Of a stretch of 64,000 nt of DNA, positions 29,327-39,582 are shown piece by piece. Numbering within the stretch: position 1 is the first letter of the stretch; each line of letters starts with the position of its first letter. A program made the translations under genes and the position numbers. Where the stretch lies: assembly GCA_913020445.1 (NCBI GenBank), contig CAJWAR010000009.1:23605-87604 (forward strand), in the 5' to 3' direction. The notes beneath the pieces are model-generated. The model was not told the origin of the DNA, did no database searches, and saw only the letters and a list, made by a program, of their open reading frames with translations. The DNA comes from an uncultured Rhodospirillaceae bacterium (lineage in GTDB: Bacteria; Pseudomonadota; Alphaproteobacteria; Rhodospirillales; UBA2165).

Positions 29327-29785
29327 ATGGAAAAAGCAACTTTTGGCGCCGGCTGTTTTTGGGGAATTGAACACGCATTTCGCAAGGTTGAGGGGGTTGT
29401 CGAAGCACCGGTCGGCTATGCGGGCGGCACGACAGCGGAGCCGACCTACGAGCAAGTGTGTAGCGGCACGACGGGCCATGCGGAGGTCGTCCAGGTCGAA
29501 TTTAATCCGGATAAAGTCAGCTATGAAGAACTCCTTGAGGTTTTTTGGACCATCCATGATCCCACCACCCTAAACCGGCAAGGTCCCGATATCGGCACGC
29601 AGTATCGCTCGGCGATTTATTATCACTCGCTCGAACAAGAGCAAGCAGCTAAGGATTCCATCGCCGCTCTGGAAAATGGCAACCGGTTTCGCAATCCAGT
29701 TGTCACCGAGCTTGCCCCCATCGATACGTTTTATATGGGTGAGGATTATCATCAGCGCTATTTCGAAAAGCAGGGCCAGCATTAA
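29327..29785 (+). CDS. msrA: Peptide methionine sulfoxide reductase A
   Basis: [37 protein letters not shown]; ATG 29327 with AAGGA RBS. Confidence 0.95.
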   Translation: MEKATFGAGCFWGIEHAFRKVEGVVEAPVGYAGGTTAEPTYEQVCSGTTGHAEVVQVEFNPDKVSYEELLEVFWTIHDPTTLNRQGPDIGTQYRSAIYYHSLEQEQAAKDSIAALENGNRFRNPVVTELAPIDTFYMGEDYHQRYFEKQGQH

Positions 29786-29798
29786 CACGGATCACTCA

Positions 29799-30629
29799 AT
29801 GGCTGACCCAGAAATCAAAATTATCCCGCTTGATAGCGCCACCCAATTGGATAATACGGCGGCAGGCAATGTCTTTGTCATCGGCTCACAAGCGACGGCA
29901 GGCCCGGCGCTTTGGGTTGCCAAAGCCGGAGTCCGAGCAGTGATTTTTCACGATACCGGTGTTGGCAAGGATGAAGCGGGACTGTCCGCCCTGCCCTATT
30001 TGCAAAAACTGGGTATGCCTGCCGCTTGCATCGATTCCCAAACCGCGCGGATCAGTGACGGCGAAGATATGCTCACCCGCGGTGTAATCAGCCACTTCAA
30101 TGCGCTAGCCGATGAGTTGGGCGTCAAGGTTGGGCAGTCCTGCCAAAATGCAGCCTCGCTTTTACGTACAGCAAAGCAATTTACCGGCAAGCCCGACGAA
30201 TCCGATGAGCCGCTCCGCCATAAGCTGGGGGCGATCAACAGCATCAGTATCATCGGTCTCGACACCATGCCGCTCATTCAAGCAGACGATACCGGGAAGA
30301 TCGTCATAACCGGCTCTCATGGCGGCTTGGTCGGCGGTAGTAATCCCCCAGAAAATCCATTGGCCGCCACCCGCGGCATCGCGGTTAAAGCTGCGATTTT
30401 TCATGACGCCGGCATGTGCCCCGATAACTCCAGCACCAGCCGTCTTCCAGCCCTTGATCTGAAAGCCATTCCCGCCGCCACGGTAAGTGCCATGTCGGCC
30501 CGCATATCAGATGCGGTCTCAATGTATGAAACCGGTGCGCTCTCAATAGTCAACAACACTGCTCAAGATTTAGGCGTGAAAGTCGGCATGAGTGCGAAGC
30601 AATTTTGCAAATTAATTGCAAATAGTTAG
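29799..30629 (+). CDS. Hypothetical protein with an internally duplicated domain (GSHGG type)
   Basis: Both halves carry GSxxx..A.IFHD.G..AR(I)SD..G.(I/L)S..N..A..LGVKVG. Confidence 0.7.
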   Translation: MADPEIKIIPLDSATQLDNTAAGNVFVIGSQATAGPALWVAKAGVRAVIFHDTGVGKDEAGLSALPYLQKLGMPAACIDSQTARISDGEDMLTRGVISHFNALADELGVKVGQSCQNAASLLRTAKQFTGKPDESDEPLRHKLGAINSISIIGLDTMPLIQADDTGKIVITGSHGGLVGGSNPPENPLAATRGIAVKAAIFHDAGMCPDNSSTSRLPALDLKAIPAATVSAMSARISDAVSMYETGALSIVNNTAQDLGVKVGMSAKQFCKLIANS

Positions 30630-30692
30630 GTGCTGGCTTAATCCCTTCACACCTGATAGGCCTTTCAGATTAGTAATATCGAGGACTTTCAA

Positions 30693-31919
30693 GTGGCCAG
30701 CCGATCTATCAACAAACCCCTATTGGTGCTGATCCTAGGGACCATCATTCTATGTGTTTCCTTTGGCGTGCGATCCAGTCTCGGTGTTTACATGAAGCCG
30801 ATAAGTTTCGATCTAGGCTGGGGCCGCGAAATATTCGCTTTCGCCATCGCCTTGCAAAGCCTGATCTGGGGAATATCGACACCGCTGATGGGGTATCTGG
30901 CGGACCGTTTTGGCCCGGCAAAAGTGGTTGCTATCGGCGCCATTCTTTACGCCAGTGGCCTTTATGTAATGTCCCAAGCAACCGCGCCAATCGATGCCAC
31001 CATCGGCATCGGCGTGCTGACCGGTTTTGCTCTTAGCATGACCGGATTTCCCATTATTCTGTCGGTTATCGGCCGCCGTTTTCCACCCGGAAAACGCACG
31101 CTGGTTCTGGGCATTGGCAGCGCCGGCGGCTCGTCAGGCCAATTGATTTTGGTGCCGTTCGGCCAATGGCTGATCAATGAACAAGGCTGGATTATGTCGA
31201 TGGTTCTTCTGGCGATTATGGTAGCAGTTATCGTGCCGCTGGCGGCGTCGCTGGCGGGCGGCAATGAACGGGCCGACGACGATCACTCCCAGCAGAATTT
31301 CCTCGACGCCATGCGTGAAGCAGGCGGTCATGGCGGCTACCGGTTGTTAATTTTCGGCTATTTCGTCTGCGGCTTTCAGACCATGTTCATCGGTGCCCAT
31401 TTGCCGGCCTATTTGAGCGATCTCGGCCAGTCGGATTGGATTGGCGCTACCGCCTTGTCTCTGATTGGCGGCTTTAACATTATCGGCTGCATCCTTTGGG
31501 GATTGGCCGGCGACCGCACTTCAAAGAAGATGTTGCTGGCGTCGCTGTACAGCCTCCGCGCCGTGGTCATGCTGGGCTTTATCCTGTTGCCGATGTCGAC
31601 CTTTACGGTGGTTATCTTATCTGCTGCTATGGGTATGCTGTGGCTGGGTACCGTACCCCTGACCACCGGCCTGGTGGTGCAAATATTCGGCACCCAATAT
31701 ATGGCAACCTTGGTCGGCTTTACTTTTCTTGGCCACCAGATCGGCAGCTTTTTGGGCATCTGGTTGGGCGGTTGGGTGTTCGATGCCACCGGCAGCTATG
31801 ATCCGATATTCTGGGGCGGCATTATCTTAGGCCTGCTGGCCACCCTTGCGCATTTCCCGATCAACGACAAACCGGTTGCCCGCCTCGCCGAAGAAGCACT
31901 GCAGGCCGCCCGCGGTTAA
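30693..31919 (+). CDS. MFS transporter
   Basis: GYLADRFG motif A, ~12 TM segments, HQIGSFLG. Confidence 0.9.
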   Translation: MASRSINKPLLVLILGTIILCVSFGVRSSLGVYMKPISFDLGWGREIFAFAIALQSLIWGISTPLMGYLADRFGPAKVVAIGAILYASGLYVMSQATAPIDATIGIGVLTGFALSMTGFPIILSVIGRRFPPGKRTLVLGIGSAGGSSGQLILVPFGQWLINEQGWIMSMVLLAIMVAVIVPLAASLAGGNERADDDHSQQNFLDAMREAGGHGGYRLLIFGYFVCGFQTMFIGAHLPAYLSDLGQSDWIGATALSLIGGFNIIGCILWGLAGDRTSKKMLLASLYSLRAVVMLGFILLPMSTFTVVILSAAMGMLWLGTVPLTTGLVVQIFGTQYMATLVGFTFLGHQIGSFLGIWLGGWVFDATGSYDPIFWGGIILGLLATLAHFPINDKPVARLAEEALQAARG

Positions 31920-31981
31920 TAATTAGGTGACTGTCATCTAATTTGCCGGTTAAATAACGTGCAAAATAGGCGAGGTGCAAA

Positions 31982-33172
31982 TTGGCAATAAGTGAAAACC
32001 CAACACTGATCGTTGGCGGCGGCTTTGGCGGCCTCACTGCAGCACTCGCCTTGGGCCAGCGCGGCATCCCGGTACAGGTCTTTGAAGGCGCGCCGGAATT
32101 TGGCGCCATTGGCTACGGTATTCAGTTCGGCCCCAACATTTTCCATGTTTTTGATCGCCTCGGCATCAGCGACGAAGTGATGAGCGTTGGTGACGAACCG
32201 AACTCTCTGCTGATGCTTGATGCCCTCAACGGCGACCAAGTCATTCACATTCCAACGGGCGATAGTTTTCGCGCCCGCTTCAAGCAGCCCTATTTGATCG
32301 TTCACCGTATCGATCTGCATACTGTTTTGCTCGATGCCTGCAAAAAGATCGACGCCGTTCAGCTTGAACCGGATGCCATGGTGACAGGCTATTCTACCGC
32401 AGGCGATCAGGTTTCGGTGACAACTGAAGACGGCCGCAGCTTTACCGGCCGCGCACTGATCGGCGCCGATGGCATTAGATCAGCCACCCGGGCTCAGCTG
32501 ATTGATGACGGAGAGCCGGTGCCGAACGGCTATGTTGCCCACCGAACCATCGTGCCCATGGAGTCAATGAAGGTAGACGTGCCCCGCGACGTCGTGATTT
32601 TGTGGGGTGGTCCCGGGTTCCACATCGTTCACTATCCCCTCCGCCATGGCACCGAATTTAATATCGTCGCGGTGTTGCGCTCCGAAAACACAGCCGAACG
32701 CGGCAATGTAGATGCCTACCGGGCAGAACTGGAAGAGGCGACTAAAAATGCAACGCCTGAGATCAAGGCGCTAATCGCGATGATGGATCTCGAACAGCGA
32801 TTTATGATCGGCGACCGTGATCCCATCCGCCACTGGCACAAAGGCCGCGTGGGTTTGCTCGGCGATGCCGCCCACCCGACCCTGCAATCGCTCGCCCAGG
32901 GCGCCTGTATGGCGATCGAAGACGGTCTCCATCTTGCCGACCTAATCCACGCCAAAAACCACGATTACGACGCAGCCTTCACTCAGTTCACCTCGGACCG
33001 CTACCTCCGCACTGCCAGGGTGACGCTTGAATCGCGCTATATTTGGCAATTTTATCACGGCGACGGTATTGAACGCGAAGTCCAGTATCAAATCTACAAA
33101 GACCGCAACGAAGCCGACGCCTTTGAATGCGTATCCTGGCTCTATGACGGCTTCCAATTTGACGGCGGGTAG
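31982..33172 (+). CDS. FAD-dependent aromatic monooxygenase (3-hydroxybenzoate 6-hydroxylase/salicylate hydroxylase-like)
   Basis: GGGFGG, IGADGIRS, HIVHYPLR, LLGDAAHPTLQSLAQGACMAIED. Confidence 0.85.
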   Translation: MAISENPTLIVGGGFGGLTAALALGQRGIPVQVFEGAPEFGAIGYGIQFGPNIFHVFDRLGISDEVMSVGDEPNSLLMLDALNGDQVIHIPTGDSFRARFKQPYLIVHRIDLHTVLLDACKKIDAVQLEPDAMVTGYSTAGDQVSVTTEDGRSFTGRALIGADGIRSATRAQLIDDGEPVPNGYVAHRTIVPMESMKVDVPRDVVILWGGPGFHIVHYPLRHGTEFNIVAVLRSENTAERGNVDAYRAELEEATKNATPEIKALIAMMDLEQRFMIGDRDPIRHWHKGRVGLLGDAAHPTLQSLAQGACMAIEDGLHLADLIHAKNHDYDAAFTQFTSDRYLRTARVTLESRYIWQFYHGDGIEREVQYQIYKDRNEADAFECVSWLYDGFQFDGG

Positions 33173-33267
33173 CGCCAGTATTAGGCCCAAAAGCTGACAT
33201 ATCATCATATTCAGTGTATAATAGCGGAACGAGCAAACTGAGGAACAATTTGTATTAGAGGTGAATT

Positions 33268-33468
33268 ATGAGCGCCACTATTGTATTGCCGATCCTGCTC
33301 CTCATAACAGTCATTGGTATCGGGGTTGTCCTAGTCGTCGGAATCACCAGCACGGTAAACGCTGATCCTATTTTTCGAAATCAAATGATGAGATTAAGGG
33401 TCGCCCTGCAAGGCGTCGCCGTGGTTATCATTGTCCTGATTATTATTCTTGAGGGCATGAGCAGCTAA
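33268..33468 (+). CDS. HIG1-like twin-transmembrane small protein
   Basis: Two TM helices and N.MM.LRV.LQ motif; GAGG RBS. Confidence 0.65.
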   Translation: MSATIVLPILLLITVIGIGVVLVVGITSTVNADPIFRNQMMRLRVALQGVAVVIIVLIIILEGMSS

Positions 33469-33505
33469 GCCAACAATCGAGAAAAACCGGCAACTTTCCG
33501 TCCCC

Positions 33506-34348
33506 CTACCCCATCTTCACCGCGCCGACATAAGTGCTTTCACCGAGCGTGACCTCGATGTATTTTGACGGGTGATCGGGGTGGGAGACCTCAATCTCGT
33601 AACTGCCGCTGTCAGGTTCGAGGTCGTCGATCTTGAAATCACCAAAAGCATCGCTCCAAGTCTCGGCGATTTTGTGGCCGTCCTTGCTCAAGAGCACGAT
33701 GGCTTTCTCGATACATTCTTCGACGCCATCAATATCGGCAATCACACTGCCGCCAACAAAGCACTTAGAATAAAGATTAAGATTTTTATAGTAGACCCGG
33801 GGCTTGGTGCCGTGTTCGGGATGCAGCACTTGGAGTAGTTCATCCGCCACCATTTTCTGCATATCGCTGTCTTCGACCTGCACAGATTTCAACGCCCCGG
33901 TCGGGCAAGCCTGCACGCAGCGGGGTTCCTTCCAGCCGCGATCCAGCAGATGGGCATCAAAAATCCAGGCCTGCGGTACTTCTTTTTCCTCGTTCCACCA
34001 AATCGCACCATAAGGACAGGCATCGACGATCTGTTTTTGGCCTTGGGCTTTCTCAGGATCAATAATAACGATACCATCCGGCCGTTTGGTGATGGCGTTG
34101 TTTTCCGCCGCCGCCATGCAGGGTGCGTCATCACAGTGATTGCAGGTTGTCGGCACATAGGTGACATCAACCATCGGCGCCTGACCACGCTCATTACGCA
34201 GGATGTTGATCCAATGATGACCATGCGGCGGCATCGCTGTCGAATAACCCGGATGCTCGTTACCCATATACTCATCGGCGACCGACAAAAAACAGTTGTT
34301 GGAATTGTGGCATCTAGCGACATCGACAATCAGGTTCCATTTTTTCAT
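33506..34348 (-). CDS. Fe-S beta subunit of pyrogallol-transhydroxylase-like enzyme (BthL-like)
   Basis: CNHCDDAPC, ACPYGAI, CVQACPTGA, KPRVYYKNL, C-terminal beta-sandwich (SDAFGDFKID). Confidence 0.85.
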   Translation of the reverse strand: MKKWNLIVDVARCHNSNNCFLSVADEYMGNEHPGYSTAMPPHGHHWINILRNERGQAPMVDVTYVPTTCNHCDDAPCMAAAENNAITKRPDGIVIIDPEKAQGQKQIVDACPYGAIWWNEEKEVPQAWIFDAHLLDRGWKEPRCVQACPTGALKSVQVEDSDMQKMVADELLQVLHPEHGTKPRVYYKNLNLYSKCFVGGSVIADIDGVEECIEKAIVLLSKDGHKIAETWSDAFGDFKIDDLEPDSGSYEIEVSHPDHPSKYIEVTLGESTYVGAVKMG

Positions 34349-34365
34349 AATTTTTCTCCTGTCGC

Positions 34366-37300
34366 CTATTCTGCCGGAACCATTGGTTCTGGCTGGGGCT
34401 CGGCTGCCGATACCGAATTACTATTGATGGCGTCAGTGCCATCCCATTTCTCGATCTCGATCAGACAGGAATTGTACGCCGCCGAATGGACTTTTTCCGT
34501 TTGCATGCGTTTTGGTGTCAGCAAATTGACGCAGCCACCACGATCGGCCGAATAGCCCGGCTTACCAAGTGGGTCATAAACTGCCGAGGCTTGCCGGCAA
34601 TGAATAATGCCCGGCATTAGGCGTTCGGTAATCCGGGCGGCGCAAATAACCGCCCCCCGGTCGTTATAGAGCTTCACCAGATCATTTTCTTCAATGCCGC
34701 GCGCCTTGGCGTCGGTGGCGCTGATCCGAACCAGCCAATAGAAATAGCCATCGATATTAACCCGGTGATCTTTAATGTCATTGACCGCACTGTCTTTGCC
34801 GTCGCCCTTGGTGTGGAAACTGTAGCGGGAATGAGGCGAGATCAGCTGCAGTGGAAATTTTTCAAACAGCTCGCTGGTGTGAATACCTTCCCAGGACGGA
34901 ATATATTTATTGAGCGGCGGGCGTTCCGGATCGTCGCCAAAGCGTTTAAGACTTTCACTTTCAAATTCGATCTTGCCGGATTGAGTTTGCAGCCCATCAA
35001 GGAAATCCTCACTGTACGAGCCCGGCAAGGGATGCGGTTCCGGCACGTTTTTCTTTTCACCATCGGCAAACCACTTGTAAGATAATGGTGGCCGCAGTTT
35101 TTCTTTTTCCGCCGGCACAACGAAATAACCCTTGGTGCGGAACTTCTCCCAGCTGATATGCTTAGGCAGATCCGAGGCATCGAACATGCGCTTGACCCAA
35201 TCGATTTCGCGATTGCCTTCGGTGAAATAAGCGGCATGACCGAGCTTGGCGCATATATCATGGAATATCTGATAATCGGATTTCGACTCGCCCAATGGCT
35301 CGATGCATTTATGCTGGATGCTGATGACCCGGTGGTTAAGCTGGCCGATCCAATCATAGCCATAACCGCCCGGATTGGCCCACTCGCCAATATCCCAGCG
35401 CTCGAAATTGGTGCAGGCGGGCAGAATCACATCAGCAAACTTAACTTCACCTTCGTTCCAAATGGTTTGGCTGACAACGAATTCGAGATCGTCGTTCTGA
35501 TACATTTTAACATAGCGGTTACTGTCCGGCTGGGTGCTGATATAGGATGAGCCGTATTTGTACATCATCTTGACCGGCGAATGACCGGGCGACGGGTAAT
35601 GCACCGGGAAAAACTGCCCTTCGATGGAGCGGATATCGATCGGATAGCCTTCGGCCTTACCCTCCATCAGCGCTTCCGGCATTTTAAGCCGCGGTATCGA
35701 CTGCATGGTCGGGTTCATACTAATAAGGTGGGGCATGCGCTGATAAAGCGAAACGCCGGAGGCCGAGTTCATACTGTCACCGGAAAAGCCGCCTTCGGCA
35801 TAGCCCGGGAAATAGAAATTATAATCAATTGGGGAGCCGAATTGCAGGCCACCAAAATTGATGCCGGGCTTGCCCAAGCCCTGCATCGCCATCAAACAAA
35901 TCATTGAGCGCGCCCATTGCGCGCCTGTTGCCGAACGGCAGGCACCACCCAACGTCGTTCCCATTGAGCCGGCTGACAGATAGGTTTTTTTGCTGCCCCA
36001 TTGGCGGGCCAGAGCCCGGATATCACGCGCCGGCACGCCGGTTTCAGCCTCCGCCCATTCTGGCGTCTTGGCAACGCCATCTTCGTCTTCGCCCATAATG
36101 TAGGCGCGCCATTTATCAAAACCAGTGGTGCGTTGCTCGACGTATTCCTTGTCGTAGAGATCTTCCTTGATCCAGACATAGGTAATGGCATGCGCCAAGG
36201 CGGGGCTGGTCGTCGGCCTCGGAGCCAGCCATTTGCCGCCCATGAAAGCCGCAGTTTCGTTCAAAAACGGATCAATGTGCACCATCTCGATGCCGAGCTC
36301 TTTGGCCCATTGACGGCGGACGGTGCCTTCGAAAGAGCCATAGACACCGCTGGTAACTTCAGGATCACTCGACCAGTAGACGATCATCTCAGCCTCCTGC
36401 AGGCAATCCTCGACCTGGCCATATATTTCTGCTGCCCCATTACGCATTGAGTTGCCGTAATGATGCATTCCCCCCCAATACCAGCCTTCCCAGCTATCCG
36501 GGTTCAGCATCGTCATCGTCGCACCAATAATATTGATAAACTTTTGGTAGGCGCTGATGTAATAACCGACATTGCCCCAGGTATGGTGCGAGCTTCGAGC
36601 CGCCAAGATCGCGCCCGGCCCATAGGTACGTTTGACCCGCTTAATTTCGCCGGCAACTATATTCAACGCCTCATCCCAGGAGATGCGCTCATAGCCCGAG
36701 ATACCCCGGTTCTGAATATTACGCTCACCGTTGGGATCAAAGTCGACCCGCTTCATCGGATAAAGGTTGCGCTCCTTGGAATAAACCAGCGATTTTGACG
36801 CCAAACCGTGCGGCGACAGCGTTGTTTTACGCGGCGGCGAAAACTCTTTGCCGCGCGCTTTGACAGTCCAGGTTTCGCCATCATCTGCTTGAAATTCGAT
36901 TGGCGTTATGCGGACGATCTTGCCGTCTTTGACATAGACATAGACGGGGCCGCCATTGGTTTGATTGACGTATCGGGTCTCGCCATTCTCAACCTTGGTG
37001 CCGAACTTCCAACCGACGGTCTGGCTCATCATGACGGTTTCGGAAAACCACGTGGTGAGCTCGTCCGGGCCAATGGCCATGAGGTTAAAGTTTTTAATCG
37101 CGTCGATTTGCTTTTGGTAATCAATCGGCATCATTAACAGGTCAGCTGCGATGGCTTCCGATTTAAAACTTATGGTTACGTCAGGGCTCGGATGGATGCC
37201 GCTGGCAGACGAAATTCTGCCATCTTTAAAGGTGTAAGAACGACCGAGGGAATCATCGGCGATTTTAAACTGAACCGTTAGATTTTTCTCCTTAAGACGG

Positions 37301-37377
37301 TCGCGAAATTCTTTGTGAGCCCACGCTTTAAATCGCAGCCACCACGGTAGCACATATAAAATAAGTAAAAGTTTCAT
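34366..37377 (-). CDS. Mo-bisPGD oxidoreductase, pyrogallol hydroxytransferase large-subunit (AthL)-like, with ~125 aa N-terminal extension
   Basis: [47 protein letters not shown]. Confidence 0.85.
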   Translation of the reverse strand: MKLLLILYVLPWWLRFKAWAHKEFRDRLKEKNLTVQFKIADDSLGRSYTFKDGRISSASGIHPSPDVTISFKSEAIAADLLMMPIDYQKQIDAIKNFNLMAIGPDELTTWFSETVMMSQTVGWKFGTKVENGETRYVNQTNGGPVYVYVKDGKIVRITPIEFQADDGETWTVKARGKEFSPPRKTTLSPHGLASKSLVYSKERNLYPMKRVDFDPNGERNIQNRGISGYERISWDEALNIVAGEIKRVKRTYGPGAILAARSSHHTWGNVGYYISAYQKFINIIGATMTMLNPDSWEGWYWGGMHHYGNSMRNGAAEIYGQVEDCLQEAEMIVYWSSDPEVTSGVYGSFEGTVRRQWAKELGIEMVHIDPFLNETAAFMGGKWLAPRPTTSPALAHAITYVWIKEDLYDKEYVEQRTTGFDKWRAYIMGEDEDGVAKTPEWAEAETGVPARDIRALARQWGSKKTYLSAGSMGTTLGGACRSATGAQWARSMICLMAMQGLGKPGINFGGLQFGSPIDYNFYFPGYAEGGFSGDSMNSASGVSLYQRMPHLISMNPTMQSIPRLKMPEALMEGKAEGYPIDIRSIEGQFFPVHYPSPGHSPVKMMYKYGSSYISTQPDSNRYVKMYQNDDLEFVVSQTIWNEGEVKFADVILPACTNFERWDIGEWANPGGYGYDWIGQLNHRVISIQHKCIEPLGESKSDYQIFHDICAKLGHAAYFTEGNREIDWVKRMFDASDLPKHISWEKFRTKGYFVVPAEKEKLRPPLSYKWFADGEKKNVPEPHPLPGSYSEDFLDGLQTQSGKIEFESESLKRFGDDPERPPLNKYIPSWEGIHTSELFEKFPLQLISPHSRYSFHTKGDGKDSAVNDIKDHRVNIDGYFYWLVRISATDAKARGIEENDLVKLYNDRGAVICAARITERLMPGIIHCRQASAVYDPLGKPGYSADRGGCVNLLTPKRMQTEKVHSAAYNSCLIEIEKWDGTDAINSNSVSAAEPQPEPMVPAE

Positions 37378-37443
37378 CAGCCCGTCCCTATTTCCTGTCC
37401 TGCTCCAGCTGTTTTATTTTTAATTTTAAAGCAGTTGATTATC

Positions 37444-37462
37444 TGTACCGTATAGTGATACA
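37444..37462. promoter_or_regulatory. Candidate IclR operator (imperfect palindrome)
   Basis: TGTACCGTATAGTGATACA between the divergent athL-like gene and the IclR gene. Confidence 0.45.
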
Positions 37463-37503
37463 TTCTGTCCACTAGATGATTAATCGTATCGATCCATGGA
37501 AAT

Positions 37504-38280
37504 ATGTCAATGTCAGAATCGCCCAAAGACACGTCTTCCGGTATTCGCGTAATTTCACGCGCGGCGGAAATACTGCGCACGCTCAACAATGAATCCCGCG
37601 GCCTTAGTCTCGGCCAAATTGCATCTTTGGTCAATCTGCCGCGCTCAACGGTTCAACGCATTGTCGGCGCCCTAAAAGTAGAAGGCTTTGTCATTGATGG
37701 CCCTGGCGAATCACAAATCCGCATCGGCCCAGCTTTTTTCAGCATTGCCGCCGCGTCGCTGTCAGATTTTAAAGACCCGATCCGCCCCTATCTGGAAGAA
37801 CTATGCACTGAACTCGACGAAACTGTAGATCTTTCGATCCTCATCGACAGCTCGGTGGTTTTCCTTGATCAATGTTCCTCCCGGCGCAAAGGCCTTGTCG
37901 CCGTTTCCGAAGTGGGTGCTCGTTTTCCAGCTCATTCCTGTGCGCCCGGGAAATGTTTGCTGGCCGAGGTGGATGAAAAATCTCTCGCTCATGTATTGCC
38001 GCGGAAATTGGACCAACTTACTGCCGCTACGATTACCGATTTCAAAGCTTTGCAGGCGGAGTTAAAAAAAGTACGTGCGGAAGGAATCGCCACTGACCGC
38101 CAGGAACATACGGATGGCATCTCGGCTGTCGCCACAACTATAACAAATTTGCCGCGTGGCACAGCGGCCATTTCAATACCGATGCCCACTCAACGCTTCA
38201 AAGGCAATGAAAAGCGCTATGCCGAAGCATTATTGGCCTGCCGTGAAAAAATCAATCTTGCGTTGGGATTGAACAAGTAA
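37504..38280 (+). CDS. IclR-family transcriptional regulator
   Basis: LPRSTVQRIV HTH, ETVDLS, HSCAPGK, DRQEHTDGI. Confidence 0.9.
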   Translation: MSMSESPKDTSSGIRVISRAAEILRTLNNESRGLSLGQIASLVNLPRSTVQRIVGALKVEGFVIDGPGESQIRIGPAFFSIAAASLSDFKDPIRPYLEELCTELDETVDLSILIDSSVVFLDQCSSRRKGLVAVSEVGARFPAHSCAPGKCLLAEVDEKSLAHVLPRKLDQLTAATITDFKALQAELKKVRAEGIATDRQEHTDGISAVATTITNLPRGTAAISIPMPTQRFKGNEKRYAEALLACREKINLALGLNK

Positions 38281-38533
38281 ATTACATCGCCCACAAATGC
38301 AGCTACCTTTTAGTCACAGGGAAAAAATCCGGCAAATAGGGCCGAGGGACTTTCAAATAGTTTCGGTTTTCCACAATAGGACTGTCGGATTGTGGTTGGG
38401 GAAAGACATTCCCAAAATAAATTATAATATTTTATCTTAATTCGAGTAAATACCCGGAAAAGCAAAGCAAAAAAATAGTGCGACAAAGGGACCAGAGGGA
38501 AAATGTGCAGTTCATTGATCTGGATAAGTAATT

Positions 38534-39436
38534 TTGGCGAACGCAAAAACACTGAATTACTCAGATTTATCCGTTGCCGTTGGTGGTGTCAGCCGTCATG
38601 ACGGTGCTGAAATTCGTAAACAATTGTCGATCCTCGGCATGCAGAATATCCAAATTGATCATGAAATAGAGAGCGCCCGGCATAGCGTTGAAAAGAAAGA
38701 GCCGGATTTATTTCTATGCAGTATGTCCAAATTTGGAAATGAAGCACGAACACTATTCCAGAGTATTCGAAATCAGGAAGTAGGCCACAATCCGTTCGTT
38801 GTCATGATTTCCATGGCGGGACGGATGAGCGAGTCTGACGTTGCCTTAAATATCAACTCGGGTACTGATGATCTTTTGGTTGGATCTTTTGTGCGAGATA
38901 GATTTGTGAACCGCCTAAATGAGCTTGCTTGGAACCGGCGAAAATTTGTTGCCCTTACAAACTACGTTGGACCGACCCGTCGAAATTCGGCACGCGATGG
39001 CCGCGCCTTCGCACCTGAATTTGAGGTACCTAATCCAGTTCGCTCTATCGGAACCGGTATAGCCAGAAAATTTCTACGAGAAGAAATAGCCGAGGCAGTT
39101 AAAACTTTAAATATCCACAAATTCGGCAGCGACATCGCGTTAATCAGAGAGCTCGTTGAAGAGATAGTTCCCGATTACAAAACCGGCTATATCAATGATG
39201 ATTTCAAACGTCGAATTGGTATGTTGCATGATGTCGTTGAGGATTTGCGCCTTGGCGCAACGCGGATTGATAACGGAGATCTCATAAGTTTGTGTGAATT
39301 AACCGGCAGTATCGTCGCGGAAATCAAAGCCCGCCCAATTCCGCCAAATCTGCGTCATATTCAAGTTATGCCAAAATTAGTGGTCGGTTTTGAAACGGCT
39401 TTAGCCTCTGCCAGGGAGAAAACCGGCTCGGCATAA
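38534..39436 (+). CDS. Receiver-like domain protein (probable pseudo-receiver with helical C-terminus)
   Basis: PDLFLCS, NPFVVMI, G.DDLL, R.FV..NYVGP.RR; lacks the canonical acidic pocket. Confidence 0.55.
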   Translation: MANAKTLNYSDLSVAVGGVSRHDGAEIRKQLSILGMQNIQIDHEIESARHSVEKKEPDLFLCSMSKFGNEARTLFQSIRNQEVGHNPFVVMISMAGRMSESDVALNINSGTDDLLVGSFVRDRFVNRLNELAWNRRKFVALTNYVGPTRRNSARDGRAFAPEFEVPNPVRSIGTGIARKFLREEIAEAVKTLNIHKFGSDIALIRELVEEIVPDYKTGYINDDFKRRIGMLHDVVEDLRLGATRIDNGDLISLCELTGSIVAEIKARPIPPNLRHIQVMPKLVVGFETALASAREKTGSA

Positions 39437-39582
39437 AATTGCATCCCACAAATTTAGTCACTTATGCGTGAGACCCAGCGATACTGATAAACCACAATGT
39501 ATTTGCAGTTTACCTCCTGGGCTCGCTTTTCTATGGTAATCATCTGCAAGATTTTTTTGATTAATTTATCAGGAGAATTCCA

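Noticed and set aside
29327-29785. Selenocysteine-containing MsrA, given the selenium locus
   Set aside because: The catalytic GCFWG Cys is encoded by TGT; I noticed no convincing in-frame UGA readthrough in the window
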